NCBI GenBank assembly: GCA_001787035.1
Contig: MFUY01000002.1
Location: 7,355 to 47,954 of the forward strand
Origin: Candidatus Nomurabacteria bacterium RIFCSPLOWO2_01_FULL_41_12
GTDB lineage: Bacteria; Patescibacteriota; Minisyncoccia; Phycocordibacterales; UBA9973
Length of the DNA stretch: 40,600 nt
Reading direction: 5' to 3'
Numbering within the stretch: position 1 is the first letter of the stretch; each line of letters begins with the position of its first letter. The notes below the pieces were generated by a model that was not told the origin of the DNA, ran no database searches, and was given only the letters and a program-made list of their open reading frames with translations. Of the stretch, positions 25,371-31,294 are shown piece after piece. The position numbers were made by a program, and so were the translations under genes.

Positions 25371-25423
25371 GTTTTTAAGGCTCAATTGAGAGCCGTTTTG
25401 TTTGCTTAAGAGAAAACATAAGA

Positions 25424-25771
25424 ATGACAAGATCAATCAAAAAAGGCATATATGTGGATGAAAAACTCTTAAAAAAGATTGAGGGCAAAAACCCGCTTTC
25501 CACTCCGGTCGTCAAGACCTGGAAAAGGGCCTGCGTTATATCCCCAGAGATGCTTGGTTTTACCTTCGGCGTGCATAATGGTAAGACGCACATAGATGTT
25601 TTAGTTACGGAAGACATGGTTGGGCACCGATTGGGAGAATTTTCTCCGACTAAGAAATTTATTAAGCACGGAGGAAAGATGCAGAAAGAGCTTGAGCAAA
25701 AGAAAAAAGAAGCCGAGATAACAGCCGCTAAAGGAGCGACTGCCGCCACAGCTGATGCGAAGAAAACATAA
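25424..25771 (+). CDS. rpsS: 30S ribosomal protein S19 with Lys/Ala-rich C-terminal tail
   Basis: 115 aa. RSIKKGIYVD, GFTFGVHNGKTHIDVLVTEDMVGHRLGEFSPT. Confidence 0.95.
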   Translation: MTRSIKKGIYVDEKLLKKIEGKNPLSTPVVKTWKRACVISPEMLGFTFGVHNGKTHIDVLVTEDMVGHRLGEFSPTKKFIKHGGKMQKELEQKKKEAEITAAKGATAATADAKKT

Positions 25772-25773
25772 TT

Positions 25774-26169
25774 ATGAAAGCATTTTTAAAAAATTACAGA
25801 CAGTCTCCGAGGAAAGTTCGTCTAGTTGCCGGACTGATCAGGGGGAAAAGTGTAGGACAGGCCGTAGCGGAGCTTGATTTTTTAGCGAAGCGCGCCGGAT
25901 TACCGATAAAAAAGCTTTTACTTTCTGCGGTTTCTAATGCGAAACAAAACGGAATAGAAATGGCTAATTTATATATCAAAGAACTGCGAGTAGACAAAGG
26001 CATAACCATGAAAAGGATGATGCCCGCGGCCATGGGTACCGGACACAGGATAAATAAGCGCACCAGCCATCTGAATATCCTTTTAGGAGAAAAAGTTGTT
26101 AAAGTTGCAAAGTCTAATAAAAGAACGGTCTCGAGTTCTAAAAAAAGGACCGTCCCTGAGAAAAAATAA
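25774..26169 (+). CDS. rplV: 50S ribosomal protein L22 with basic C-terminal extension
   Basis: 131 aa. YRQSPRKVRLVAGLIRGKSV, GHRINKRTSH. The tail KSNKRTVSSSKKRTVPEKK is encoded by a Family D composite element. Confidence 0.95.
   Translation: MKAFLKNYRQSPRKVRLVAGLIRGKSVGQAVAELDFLAKRAGLPIKKLLLSAVSNAKQNGIEMANLYIKELRVDKGITMKRMMPAAMGTGHRINKRTSHLNILLGEKVVKVAKSNKRTVSSSKKRTVPEKK
26121..26157. repeat. Family D composite element, copy D3, inside the rplV 3' coding region
   Basis: AAGAACGGTCTC-GAGTTCTAAAAA-AAGGACCGTCCCT. Both arms are read as K-R-T-V. Confidence 0.6.
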
Positions 26170-26170
26170 T

Positions 26171-26896
26171 ATGAGCAAAATAGTCCATCCATATGCGCAT
26201 AGGTTGATAATACTCCGAGACTGGAAGTCCCGCTGGTTTGCCGATCCGAAGAAATACGTTTCTTACCTGAAGGGAGATGTTCTGATACGCCAATATTTAG
26301 AAAAAAAACTGCGCGGAATGTATATTTCCACCATTGAAATCGAAAGAAGCAGAAAAGCAACTCGGTTCATCATCCGAACTTCCCGTCCCGGCCTTATCAT
26401 AGGCAGGAGTGGTGAGGGAGCCACTAAGCTGAAGGCTGATATTTTGAAGAAAATGGATAATTTGAAACTTCCAAGACCGGAAGATTTTAAATTGGAAATT
26501 GTTGAAGTAGGGAATCCGGAAGCTGATGCCGCTATCGTCGCTTATATGATTGCCGAAGGGTTGGAGAAAAGATTGCCTTATCGCCGGGTTATTAAAACGA
26601 TTATTGAAAAAGTCATGACGACACGCGGAGTAGAAGGCGCCAGAGTGGTTCTCTCCGGCCGTCTTGGCGGAGCTGATATTGCCCGCACAGAAGAGCTCAA
26701 GCGGGGCAGTATTCCGCTGCAGAGTTTCCGCGCGGATATAGATTTCAAGCGTGAGCGCGCGACCTTGTCTTACGGCGTGGTCGGGATAAAAGTCTGGATT
26801 TACCGCGGTAAAATTTTTGCTGATAAAAGACCTGCCCGTAGTGGTTTTAGTACATCTGATGCAGGCGGAAGAGAAAATAAGATAAAAACTGATTAA
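26171..26896 (+). CDS. rpsC: 30S ribosomal protein S3
   Basis: 241 aa from the ATG at 26171 (the track start 26096 overlaps rplV). MSKIVHPYAHRL, GRLGGADIARTE. Confidence 0.95.
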   Translation: MSKIVHPYAHRLIILRDWKSRWFADPKKYVSYLKGDVLIRQYLEKKLRGMYISTIEIERSRKATRFIIRTSRPGLIIGRSGEGATKLKADILKKMDNLKLPRPEDFKLEIVEVGNPEADAAIVAYMIAEGLEKRLPYRRVIKTIIEKVMTTRGVEGARVVLSGRLGGADIARTEELKRGSIPLQSFRADIDFKRERATLSYGVVGIKVWIYRGKIFADKRPARSGFSTSDAGGRENKIKTD

Positions 26897-26900
26897 TTTT

Positions 26901-27329
26901 ATGTTAGTACCAAAAAAAGTAAAATTTAGAAAATGGCAAACCAAGCGCACCAATCCAAAGATGGTGTCGCCAGACACCCGGGGTACGAAGTTGTCTTTTG
27001 GTTCCTACGGTCTTAAGTCTGAGACTCAAGCGCGTGTCAAATCAACCCAAATCGAATCCGCCCGCAAGGTAATATCCCGCACTCTCACTAAAGCCGGAAA
27101 ATACTGGATTCGTATTTTCCCCGACCGCCCCTATACTTCCAAACCCCCAGAAATGGGCATGGGAAAAGGGAAAGGCGACCCACAGGGATATTGTTTTGAT
27201 GTTTTTCCGGGACGCATTATTTTTGAAGTGGACGGCGTGGATGAGGCTATTGCCCATGAAGCATTACGAAAAGCGGGCACCAAGCTTCCGCTTAAAGTAA
27301 GAATTATTGGGAGAACTCATAAGCAATAA
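26901..27329 (+). CDS. rplP: 50S ribosomal protein L16
   Basis: 142 aa. MLVPKKVKFRKWQ, MGKGKG. Confidence 0.95.
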   Translation: MLVPKKVKFRKWQTKRTNPKMVSPDTRGTKLSFGSYGLKSETQARVKSTQIESARKVISRTLTKAGKYWIRIFPDRPYTSKPPEMGMGKGKGDPQGYCFDVFPGRIIFEVDGVDEAIAHEALRKAGTKLPLKVRIIGRTHKQ

Positions 27330-27332
27330 TAC

Positions 27333-27345
27333 AAGGACCGTCCTT
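27333..27345. repeat. Family D palindrome, copy D4 (rplP-rpmC spacer)
   Basis: AAGGAC-C-GTCCTT, perfect. Confidence 0.6.
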
Positions 27346-27352
27346 AAAAAAC

Positions 27353-27547
27353 ATGAAAACAAAGAAAGACAATTTAAAAGGAATGAAAAAGGATGAGCTC
27401 AAGAAAAAGCTTGTTGTCCTGGAAGAGAATGTGCGAGTTATTAGATTTAAGGCGGAAGGTTCAAAATCAAAGAATGTAAAAGAGTCGGCAACTTTAAGAA
27501 AAGAAATTGCTCGAATATTAACAGAGATAAATAACAAAAAGAAATGA
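27353..27547 (+). CDS. rpmC: 50S ribosomal protein L29
   Basis: 64 aa. [20 protein letters not shown]. The TGA stop overlaps the rpsQ ATG. Confidence 0.9.
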   Translation: MKTKKDNLKGMKKDELKKKLVVLEENVRVIRFKAEGSKSKNVKESATLRKEIARILTEINNKKK

Positions 27548-27771
27548 ATAAAGGTAATATCTTAAAAGGAGTGGTTGTTTCGGACAAGATGGATAAGACC
27601 GTGATTGTAACAGTGTCGCGATTTATCAAGCATCCGCTTTACGGCAAATTTTATAAAGTAAATAAGAAATACAAAGCGCATGACCAGGAAAATAAATATA
27701 AAATCGGAGATAAGGTAGAAATAGTTGAAACCAGGCCGATTTCAAAAGACAAAAGATTTAAAGTGGTATAA
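27544..27771 (+). CDS. rpsQ: 30S ribosomal protein S17
   Basis: 75 aa. [45 protein letters not shown]. Confidence 0.95.
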   Translation: MNKGNILKGVVVSDKMDKTVIVTVSRFIKHPLYGKFYKVNKKYKAHDQENKYKIGDKVEIVETRPISKDKRFKVV

Positions 27772-27775
27772 TTAT

Positions 27776-27847
27776 ACTTGTCCCGTTGCAAATTCAACGA
27801 ATGGGACATAAAGGATAAAAATTATTAATTAAAATTTGCAACTGGGA
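27776..27847 (+). repeat. Family A leader element, copy A3 (ends in the rplN ATG; classical S10|spc boundary)
   Basis: ACTTGTCCCGTTGCAAATT...AATTTGCAACTGGGA. GTTGCAAATT 27785-27794 pairs perfectly with AATTTGCAAC 27833-27842, and TCCC pairs with GGGA 27844-27847. It carries three compensatory pair changes relative to A2 and A4. Confidence 0.75.
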
Positions 27848-28218
27848 TGATACAAAACGAAAGTTTAGTTAAAATAACAGATAACGCTGGAGGCACCGTG
27901 GGTAAAGTGTTCAAGATTTTAGGCTCTTCAAAAAAAAGATACGCGACTTTGGGCGAATTGGTTATTATTTCTGTGAAAGTAGCTTCTCCACGAAAAGGGG
28001 TAAAGAAGAAAGACGTGCATCAGGCAGTCGTCGTACGCACCAGAAGCGCCTACAGAAGGAAGGATGGATCTTATATTCGTTTTGACGATAATGCTGTAGT
28101 GCTCTTGGAAAAAGGCAAGCTTGACCCGAAAGCCGGGCGCGTCTTCGGTCCGATACCGAGAGAGCTTGCTGAAAAGGGATTTCAAAAAATAATTTCGCTG
28201 GCGCAGGAAGTAATTTAA
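27847..28218 (+). CDS. rplN: 50S ribosomal protein L14
   Basis: 123 aa. MIQNESLVKITDNAGG. Confidence 0.95.
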   Translation: MIQNESLVKITDNAGGTVGKVFKILGSSKKRYATLGELVIISVKVASPRKGVKKKDVHQAVVVRTRSAYRRKDGSYIRFDDNAVVLLEKGKLDPKAGRVFGPIPRELAEKGFQKIISLAQEVI

Positions 28219-28236
28219 AAAAGTTTCTTAAAATAT

Positions 28237-28455
28237 ATGAAATTAAAAAAGGGAGACAACATAATAATCATAACAGGCAAGGATAAAGGTAAAAAAGGCA
28301 AGATTGTCCGTGTTTTGGTGCGAGAGAATAAAGTTATTGTTGAAGGGGCAAATATGAGCAAAAAGCATCAGCGTCCCAGAAAGTCTGGCGAAAAGGGGAG
28401 GATGATAGATATGGCTATGCCGATACACGCTTCAAATGTTAAAAAAGCAGAATAA
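28237..28455 (+). CDS. rplX: 50S ribosomal protein L24 (short form)
   Basis: 72 aa. MKLKKGDNIIIITGKDKGKKGKI KOW motif. Confidence 0.9.
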   Translation: MKLKKGDNIIIITGKDKGKKGKIVRVLVRENKVIVEGANMSKKHQRPRKSGEKGRMIDMAMPIHASNVKKAE

Positions 28456-28464
28456 ATAGTTAAT

Positions 28465-29049
28465 ATGAAACATTTAACCGTAAAAGAAAAAGAAGTGCAA
28501 GCCTTTGAGAAAATGAAAAACTCTACTGTGGCGTTAAGCTCGGAGTTTCATTATAAAAATGCCATGGCTTCGCCGAAGATGGAGAAGATTGTTTTGAACA
28601 CAGGCACTGGGACAGCCATCAAGAAAGATAAAAATAAAAATGATGCTATCGGAGAACGTTTAGCCAAAATTACCGGGCAGAGGCCGGTTCTAAAAGGCGC
28701 CAAGCAGTCCATTGCGTCTTTTAAAGTCCGCCAGGGCGACCCTATCGGCATCGTTGTGACATTGAGGGGCAAGAGGATGTATGCTTTCCTAGAAAAACTT
28801 ATAAATGTCGCCATCCCCCGCACCAAAGATTTCCGTGGTATTGCCCGCACGGCAGTGGATACTATCGGCAACCTCACCATTGGCATCAAAGAACACACTA
28901 TTTTTCCGGAAACAGCTGATGAAGATATCCGCGACGTTTTCGGCATGTCTATTACTCTGGTTTCCACAGCTAAAAATAAAAAAGAAGGTACAGCTTTCTT
29001 TGAACTCCTGGGTGTCCCTTTCAAGAAGGAAGAAGAGAAAAAGAAATAA
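28465..29049 (+). CDS. rplE: 50S ribosomal protein L5
   Basis: 194 aa. PKMEKIVLNTGTG, ITGQRPV, FRGI, GIKEHTIFPE. Confidence 0.95.
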   Translation: MKHLTVKEKEVQAFEKMKNSTVALSSEFHYKNAMASPKMEKIVLNTGTGTAIKKDKNKNDAIGERLAKITGQRPVLKGAKQSIASFKVRQGDPIGIVVTLRGKRMYAFLEKLINVAIPRTKDFRGIARTAVDTIGNLTIGIKEHTIFPETADEDIRDVFGMSITLVSTAKNKKEGTAFFELLGVPFKKEEEKKK

Positions 29050-29121
29050 ACCCGAACACTTATATGTATAACGCAACTTCGTTGCGCACTTTTGGCGCAT
29101 TATGCAAATAAGTGTGTGGGT
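29050..29121 (+). other. long-loop hairpin abutting the rplE stop
   Basis: ACCCGAACACTTAT (29050-29063) pairs with ATAAGTGTGTGGGT (29108-29121), 12 of 14 complementary. Internal CGCAAC-TTC-GTTGCG. The arms resemble the 3766-3794 terminator hairpin. Confidence 0.5.
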
Positions 29122-29194
29122 AAAGTTATCCACAGTTTTTATTGATATATGAATATATAGGTCTACTATTAAGGATGGAGTCTGTACATCAGTG

Positions 29195-29550
29195 TGAGTA
29201 GATTCCCGTGCACTGCCCACGTATCGGCAGAAGAAAGCAAAGAGGATCCTCACATGACGAATCGTCTGGCGCCCAACTGGGCGCAGATCAGCGGCAAGCA
29301 GATCTTCTTCAAGCATCCGTTCGGCGTCGGCAACACCAACAAGGAGGCGCAGGGCGGCACGTAGGCGAAGAAGCCAAGCGCGCCGCGGCATCAGGGGTTT
29401 CATCGCAAGGTGAGTAGGTCTTCGGGACCATGGCTCACTAGGGACGGGAAGGGACGGCGCACACAACATCGTGCTCCTTCCCCCCGTCCTTCTCTATTTC
29501 TACCTTGACTATTCCGCGCTTATTTGCTAGGCTCAAGGGGCCTAGCAATA
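29195..29550 (+). other. GC-rich insert 2 between rplE and rpsN: leader, SD plus 36-codon ORF, and hairpin-rich 3' part
   Basis: 146 of 240 nt are G+C in 29221-29460. Possible promoter TTGATA-16-TACTAT at 29142-29169. Hairpins at 29410-29438, 29441-29489 (GGGACGGGAAGGG / CCTTCCCCCCGTCC, then TTCTCTATTTCT) and 29524-29548 (TTGCTAGGC-TCAAGGG-GCCTAGCAA). 8-nt direct repeat GTGAGTAG at 29194 and 29410. Confidence 0.55.
29254..29364 (+). CDS. candidate 36-aa small protein MTNRLAPNWAQISGKQIFFKHPFGVGNTNKEAQGGT (no family recognised)
   Basis: ATG preceded by AAAGAGGA, whose GGA ends 7 nt upstream. 33 of 36 codons end in G or C, unlike the A/T-ending usage of neighbouring genes. TAG stop at 29362-29364. 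Too short for the ORF track. Confidence 0.4.
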   Translation: MTNRLAPNWAQISGKQIFFKHPFGVGNTNKEAQGGT

Positions 29551-29589
29551 GATCGATCTGTATTTCTCCTTAAGGTCTTTAGTAGTTTT

Positions 29590-29618
29590 TTGAAGAACTT
29601 TAAGAAAAAATATACGAT
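29590..29618 (+). promoter_or_regulatory. possible promoter re-initiating at rpsN
   Basis: TTGAAG (29590-29595), 17-nt spacer, TACGAT (29613-29618). Weak call. Confidence 0.3.
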
Positions 29619-29662
29619 ATCATCTATAAAAATAGGCGATATTTACTAGTTAATTTTTTTTG

Positions 29663-29848
29663 ATGGCAAAAACATCAGTAAAAGCGAGAGCTTCAAAGAA
29701 ACCCAAATTCAGCACCCGGGCCAAGAACCGATGTTTTCGCTGTGGCCGAGGCAATGCTTTTATGAGAGATTTCGGCATTTGCCGTATTTGTTTCAGAGAG
29801 TTGGCAAATGAAGGAATGTTACCGGGTGTTCGTAAATCAAGCTGGTAG
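29663..29848 (+). CDS. rpsN: 30S ribosomal protein S14, zinc-binding type Z
   Basis: 61 aa from the ATG at 29663. CFRCGR...CRICFRE double CxxC, C-terminal LPGVRKSSW. Confidence 0.95.
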   Translation: MAKTSVKARASKKPKFSTRAKNRCFRCGRGNAFMRDFGICRICFRELANEGMLPGVRKSSW

Positions 29849-29852
29849 TTAA

Positions 29853-29890
29853 CAGGTGTTGGACACCCGAATTCGGGTGTCCAACACCTG
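29853..29890. repeat. Family C hairpin, copy C1: perfect 38-nt palindrome (rpsN-rpsH spacer)
   Basis: CAGGTGTTGGACACCCGAA|TTCGGGTGTCCAACACCTG. Followed by the tandem CACCTGAAG x2. No U-tract. Confidence 0.8.
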
Positions 29891-29910
29891 AAGCACCTGA
29901 AGCATAAAAA

Positions 29911-30297
29911 ATGGATTCAATTGCAAACATGTTAATAGTAATGAAGAATGGAGGTGAAGCCGGCAAAGAGTCCGTACTCTTACCGTATTCTAAAATGAAG
30001 AATGCTATTTTGGAATGTCTGCAGAAGGAAGGTTATGTAAATTCTGTCTCCAAGAAAGTCAAAAAAGATCAGCCGGTACTGGAAGTAGGTCTGATTTATA
30101 TGGAAGAAAAGCCAAAAATCGCAGAAGTTGAAAGGATTTCCAAACAGTCCAGGCGTGTCTATTTTAAAATGAAAGATATTCATAGAGTTAGAAACGGAGC
30201 AGGACTGCTCGTGCTTTCCACACCGAAAGGCATTTTATCCGGTAAAGAAGCGCGCAAAGAACAAGTCGGAGGTGAAGCGTTATTCAGAATTTGGTAA
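29911..30297 (+). CDS. rpsH: 30S ribosomal protein S8
   Basis: 128 aa. DSIANMLIVMKNG, GGEALFRIW. Confidence 0.95.
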   Translation: MDSIANMLIVMKNGGEAGKESVLLPYSKMKNAILECLQKEGYVNSVSKKVKKDQPVLEVGLIYMEEKPKIAEVERISKQSRRVYFKMKDIHRVRNGAGLLVLSTPKGILSGKEARKEQVGGEALFRIW

Positions 30298-30301
30298 ATT
30301 T

Positions 30302-30835
30302 ATGAGTAGAATAGGCAAACAAGAAATAGTTATACCAGGGGGAGTGAAAGTCACACAGAGTGGTCCTACTCTTACTGTTGTCGGTCCTAAAGGTACACTA
30401 ACTAAAAATTTCAGAGATGATATTACTATCACTATTGCCGGCAATGCCATAAATTTAAATATCAAGAGAAATGACAAATTCTCCAAATCTCTCTGGGGCA
30501 CTTATGCTTCACATATCAAGAATATGATTGCCGGAGTACAAACGCCGTATCAGAAGAAATTAATCCTAGAAGGCGTGGGGTTCAAGTCCGAAGTCAAGGG
30601 CAAAACTCTTAATTTTGCCCTAGGGTTTTCCCATCCGGTCATTGTGGAAATTCCGGACACCATTACCGCTACTGCCGATAAAAATAATATTACGATTACC
30701 GGGATTGATAAGGAATTAGTTGGAAGTTTTACCGCTGCCATCCGTGCCTTAAAGAAACCGGAGCCTTACAAGGGCAAAGGGATGCGTTATGAGGGCGAGG
30801 TTATCAGGCGCAAGCAAGGCAAGAAGACAGTTTAA
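30302..30835 (+). CDS. rplF: 50S ribosomal protein L6
   Basis: 177 aa from the ATG at 30302. MSRIGKQEIVIPGGVKV, YKGKGMRYEGE. Confidence 0.95.
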   Translation: MSRIGKQEIVIPGGVKVTQSGPTLTVVGPKGTLTKNFRDDITITIAGNAINLNIKRNDKFSKSLWGTYASHIKNMIAGVQTPYQKKLILEGVGFKSEVKGKTLNFALGFSHPVIVEIPDTITATADKNNITITGIDKELVGSFTAAIRALKKPEPYKGKGMRYEGEVIRRKQGKKTV

Positions 30836-30888
30836 ATACAGGTGTTAAATACAGGTGTTGGACACCCGGGTTCAGGTGTCCAACACCT
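30834..30888. repeat. Family C hairpin, copy C2 (rplF-rplR spacer) with tandem 13-mer
   Basis: AAATACAGGTGTT x2, then AGGTGTTGGACACC (30853-30866) pairing with GGTGTCCAACACCT (30875-30888). Same arms as C1. Confidence 0.8.
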
Positions 30889-30902
30889 AGAGAATAAAAA
30901 TC

Positions 30903-31244
30903 ATGCAAAAGAAAAACAACAAAAGAATAAGGCTGAAGAAGAGAATCAGAGTAAAAATCAAAGGTACTGAAACGCGCCCGCGTCTGACTGTTTTTCGTTC
31001 AAATAAATTTATCTATGCGCAAATTATCAATGACTTGGCGGGGAAAACTTTAGTGCAGGCAAGTGACGTGAAAGTGACCAAAGGAACGAAGACAGAGAGA
31101 GCCAAGGAAGTAGGCCGCCTGATAGGCGCTCTTTGTCTGAAAATAAAAATTAGCAAAGTTGTTTTTGATCGCAACGGATTTAAGTATACCGGAAGGATAA
31201 AGACAGTAGCAGATGAAGCCAGGGCTTCAGGTCTTCAATTTTAA
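30903..31244 (+). CDS. rplR: 50S ribosomal protein L18
   Basis: 113 aa. RPRLTVFRSNKFIYAQI, FDRNGFKYTGRIK. Confidence 0.95.
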   Translation: MQKKNNKRIRLKKRIRVKIKGTETRPRLTVFRSNKFIYAQIINDLAGKTLVQASDVKVTKGTKTERAKEVGRLIGALCLKIKISKVVFDRNGFKYTGRIKTVADEARASGLQF

Positions 31245-31248
31245 TAGC

Positions 31249-31294
31249 GTCGCGCTTTAATGGACGATTGCGCGACATGATTTCGTAAAATCAT
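31249..31294 (+). repeat. Family B leader hairpin pair, copy B2 (abuts the rpsE ATG)
   Basis: GTCGCGC (31249-31255) - 14 nt loop - GCGCGAC (31270-31276), then ATGATTTCGTAAAATCAT. Confidence 0.7.

Noticed and set aside
24971-25436. Track ORFs across GC-rich insert 1 as real proteins (24995..25354 +, 25126..25323 +, 25068..25436 -, 24971..25165 -)
   Set aside because: All use non-ATG or SD-less starts. They overlap one another in different frames. They are Pro/Gly/Arg-rich, as expected from GC-rich non-coding sequence. None shows third-position skew beyond the local G+C. The best case, the 51-aa minus-strand frame from the ATG at 25126, has about 24 of 35 G/C-ending codons. They are mentioned only as alternatives within the insert finding.
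25794-26977. Long minus-strand track ORFs opposite r-protein genes (25794..26360, 26297..26977, and also 13849..14358, 28551..29024, 31291..31818, 21312..21629)
   Set aside because: They lie antisense to confidently identified, conserved genes (rplV/rpsC, rpsL/rpsG, rplE, rpsE, tuf). Their translations are low-complexity with no recognisable motifs and no SD. They are typical shadow ORFs.
28789-29469. 226-aa minus-strand ORF and 69-aa plus-strand ORF (29208..29417) spanning insert 2
   Set aside because: The minus ORF is largely antisense to rplE and has no codon skew in the island, roughly half G/C at third positions. The plus ORF is in a different frame from the strongly GC3-skewed 36-codon ORF and lacks an SD.
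25017-29550. The GC-rich inserts as known housekeeping RNAs (RNase P RNA, tmRNA, SRP RNA, 6S) or self-cleaving ribozymes
   Set aside because: I looked on both strands for these signatures:
- the RNase P P4 signatures (GAGGAAAGUCC, ACAG.A..CGGCUUA);
- the tmRNA 3' T-arm/ACCA end and a tag-reading frame;
- the SRP domain IV GGAA/AGCA motif;
- the hammerhead CUGAUGA...GAAA core.
I found none. This is negative evidence by eye only. An Infernal scan is still needed.
29405-29580. Eukaryote-like splice signals in insert 2 (CAAG|GTGAGT at 29406-29415, CCTTGAC branch-like site, TTTCTCCTTAAG|G)
   Set aside because: Short degenerate motifs like these arise by chance. Nothing else suggests a spliceosomal intron in a bacterial contig. 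They were noted only because, with the GC3-rich ORF, they could hint at contamination, which read mapping would resolve.
29886-30859. Short tandem repeats (CACCTGAAG x2, AAATACAGGTGTT x2) as a possible CRISPR or minisatellite array
   Set aside because: There are only two units each, with no spacers and no cas genes. They are adjacent to and derived from the Family C hairpin arms, so they are treated as part of that element.
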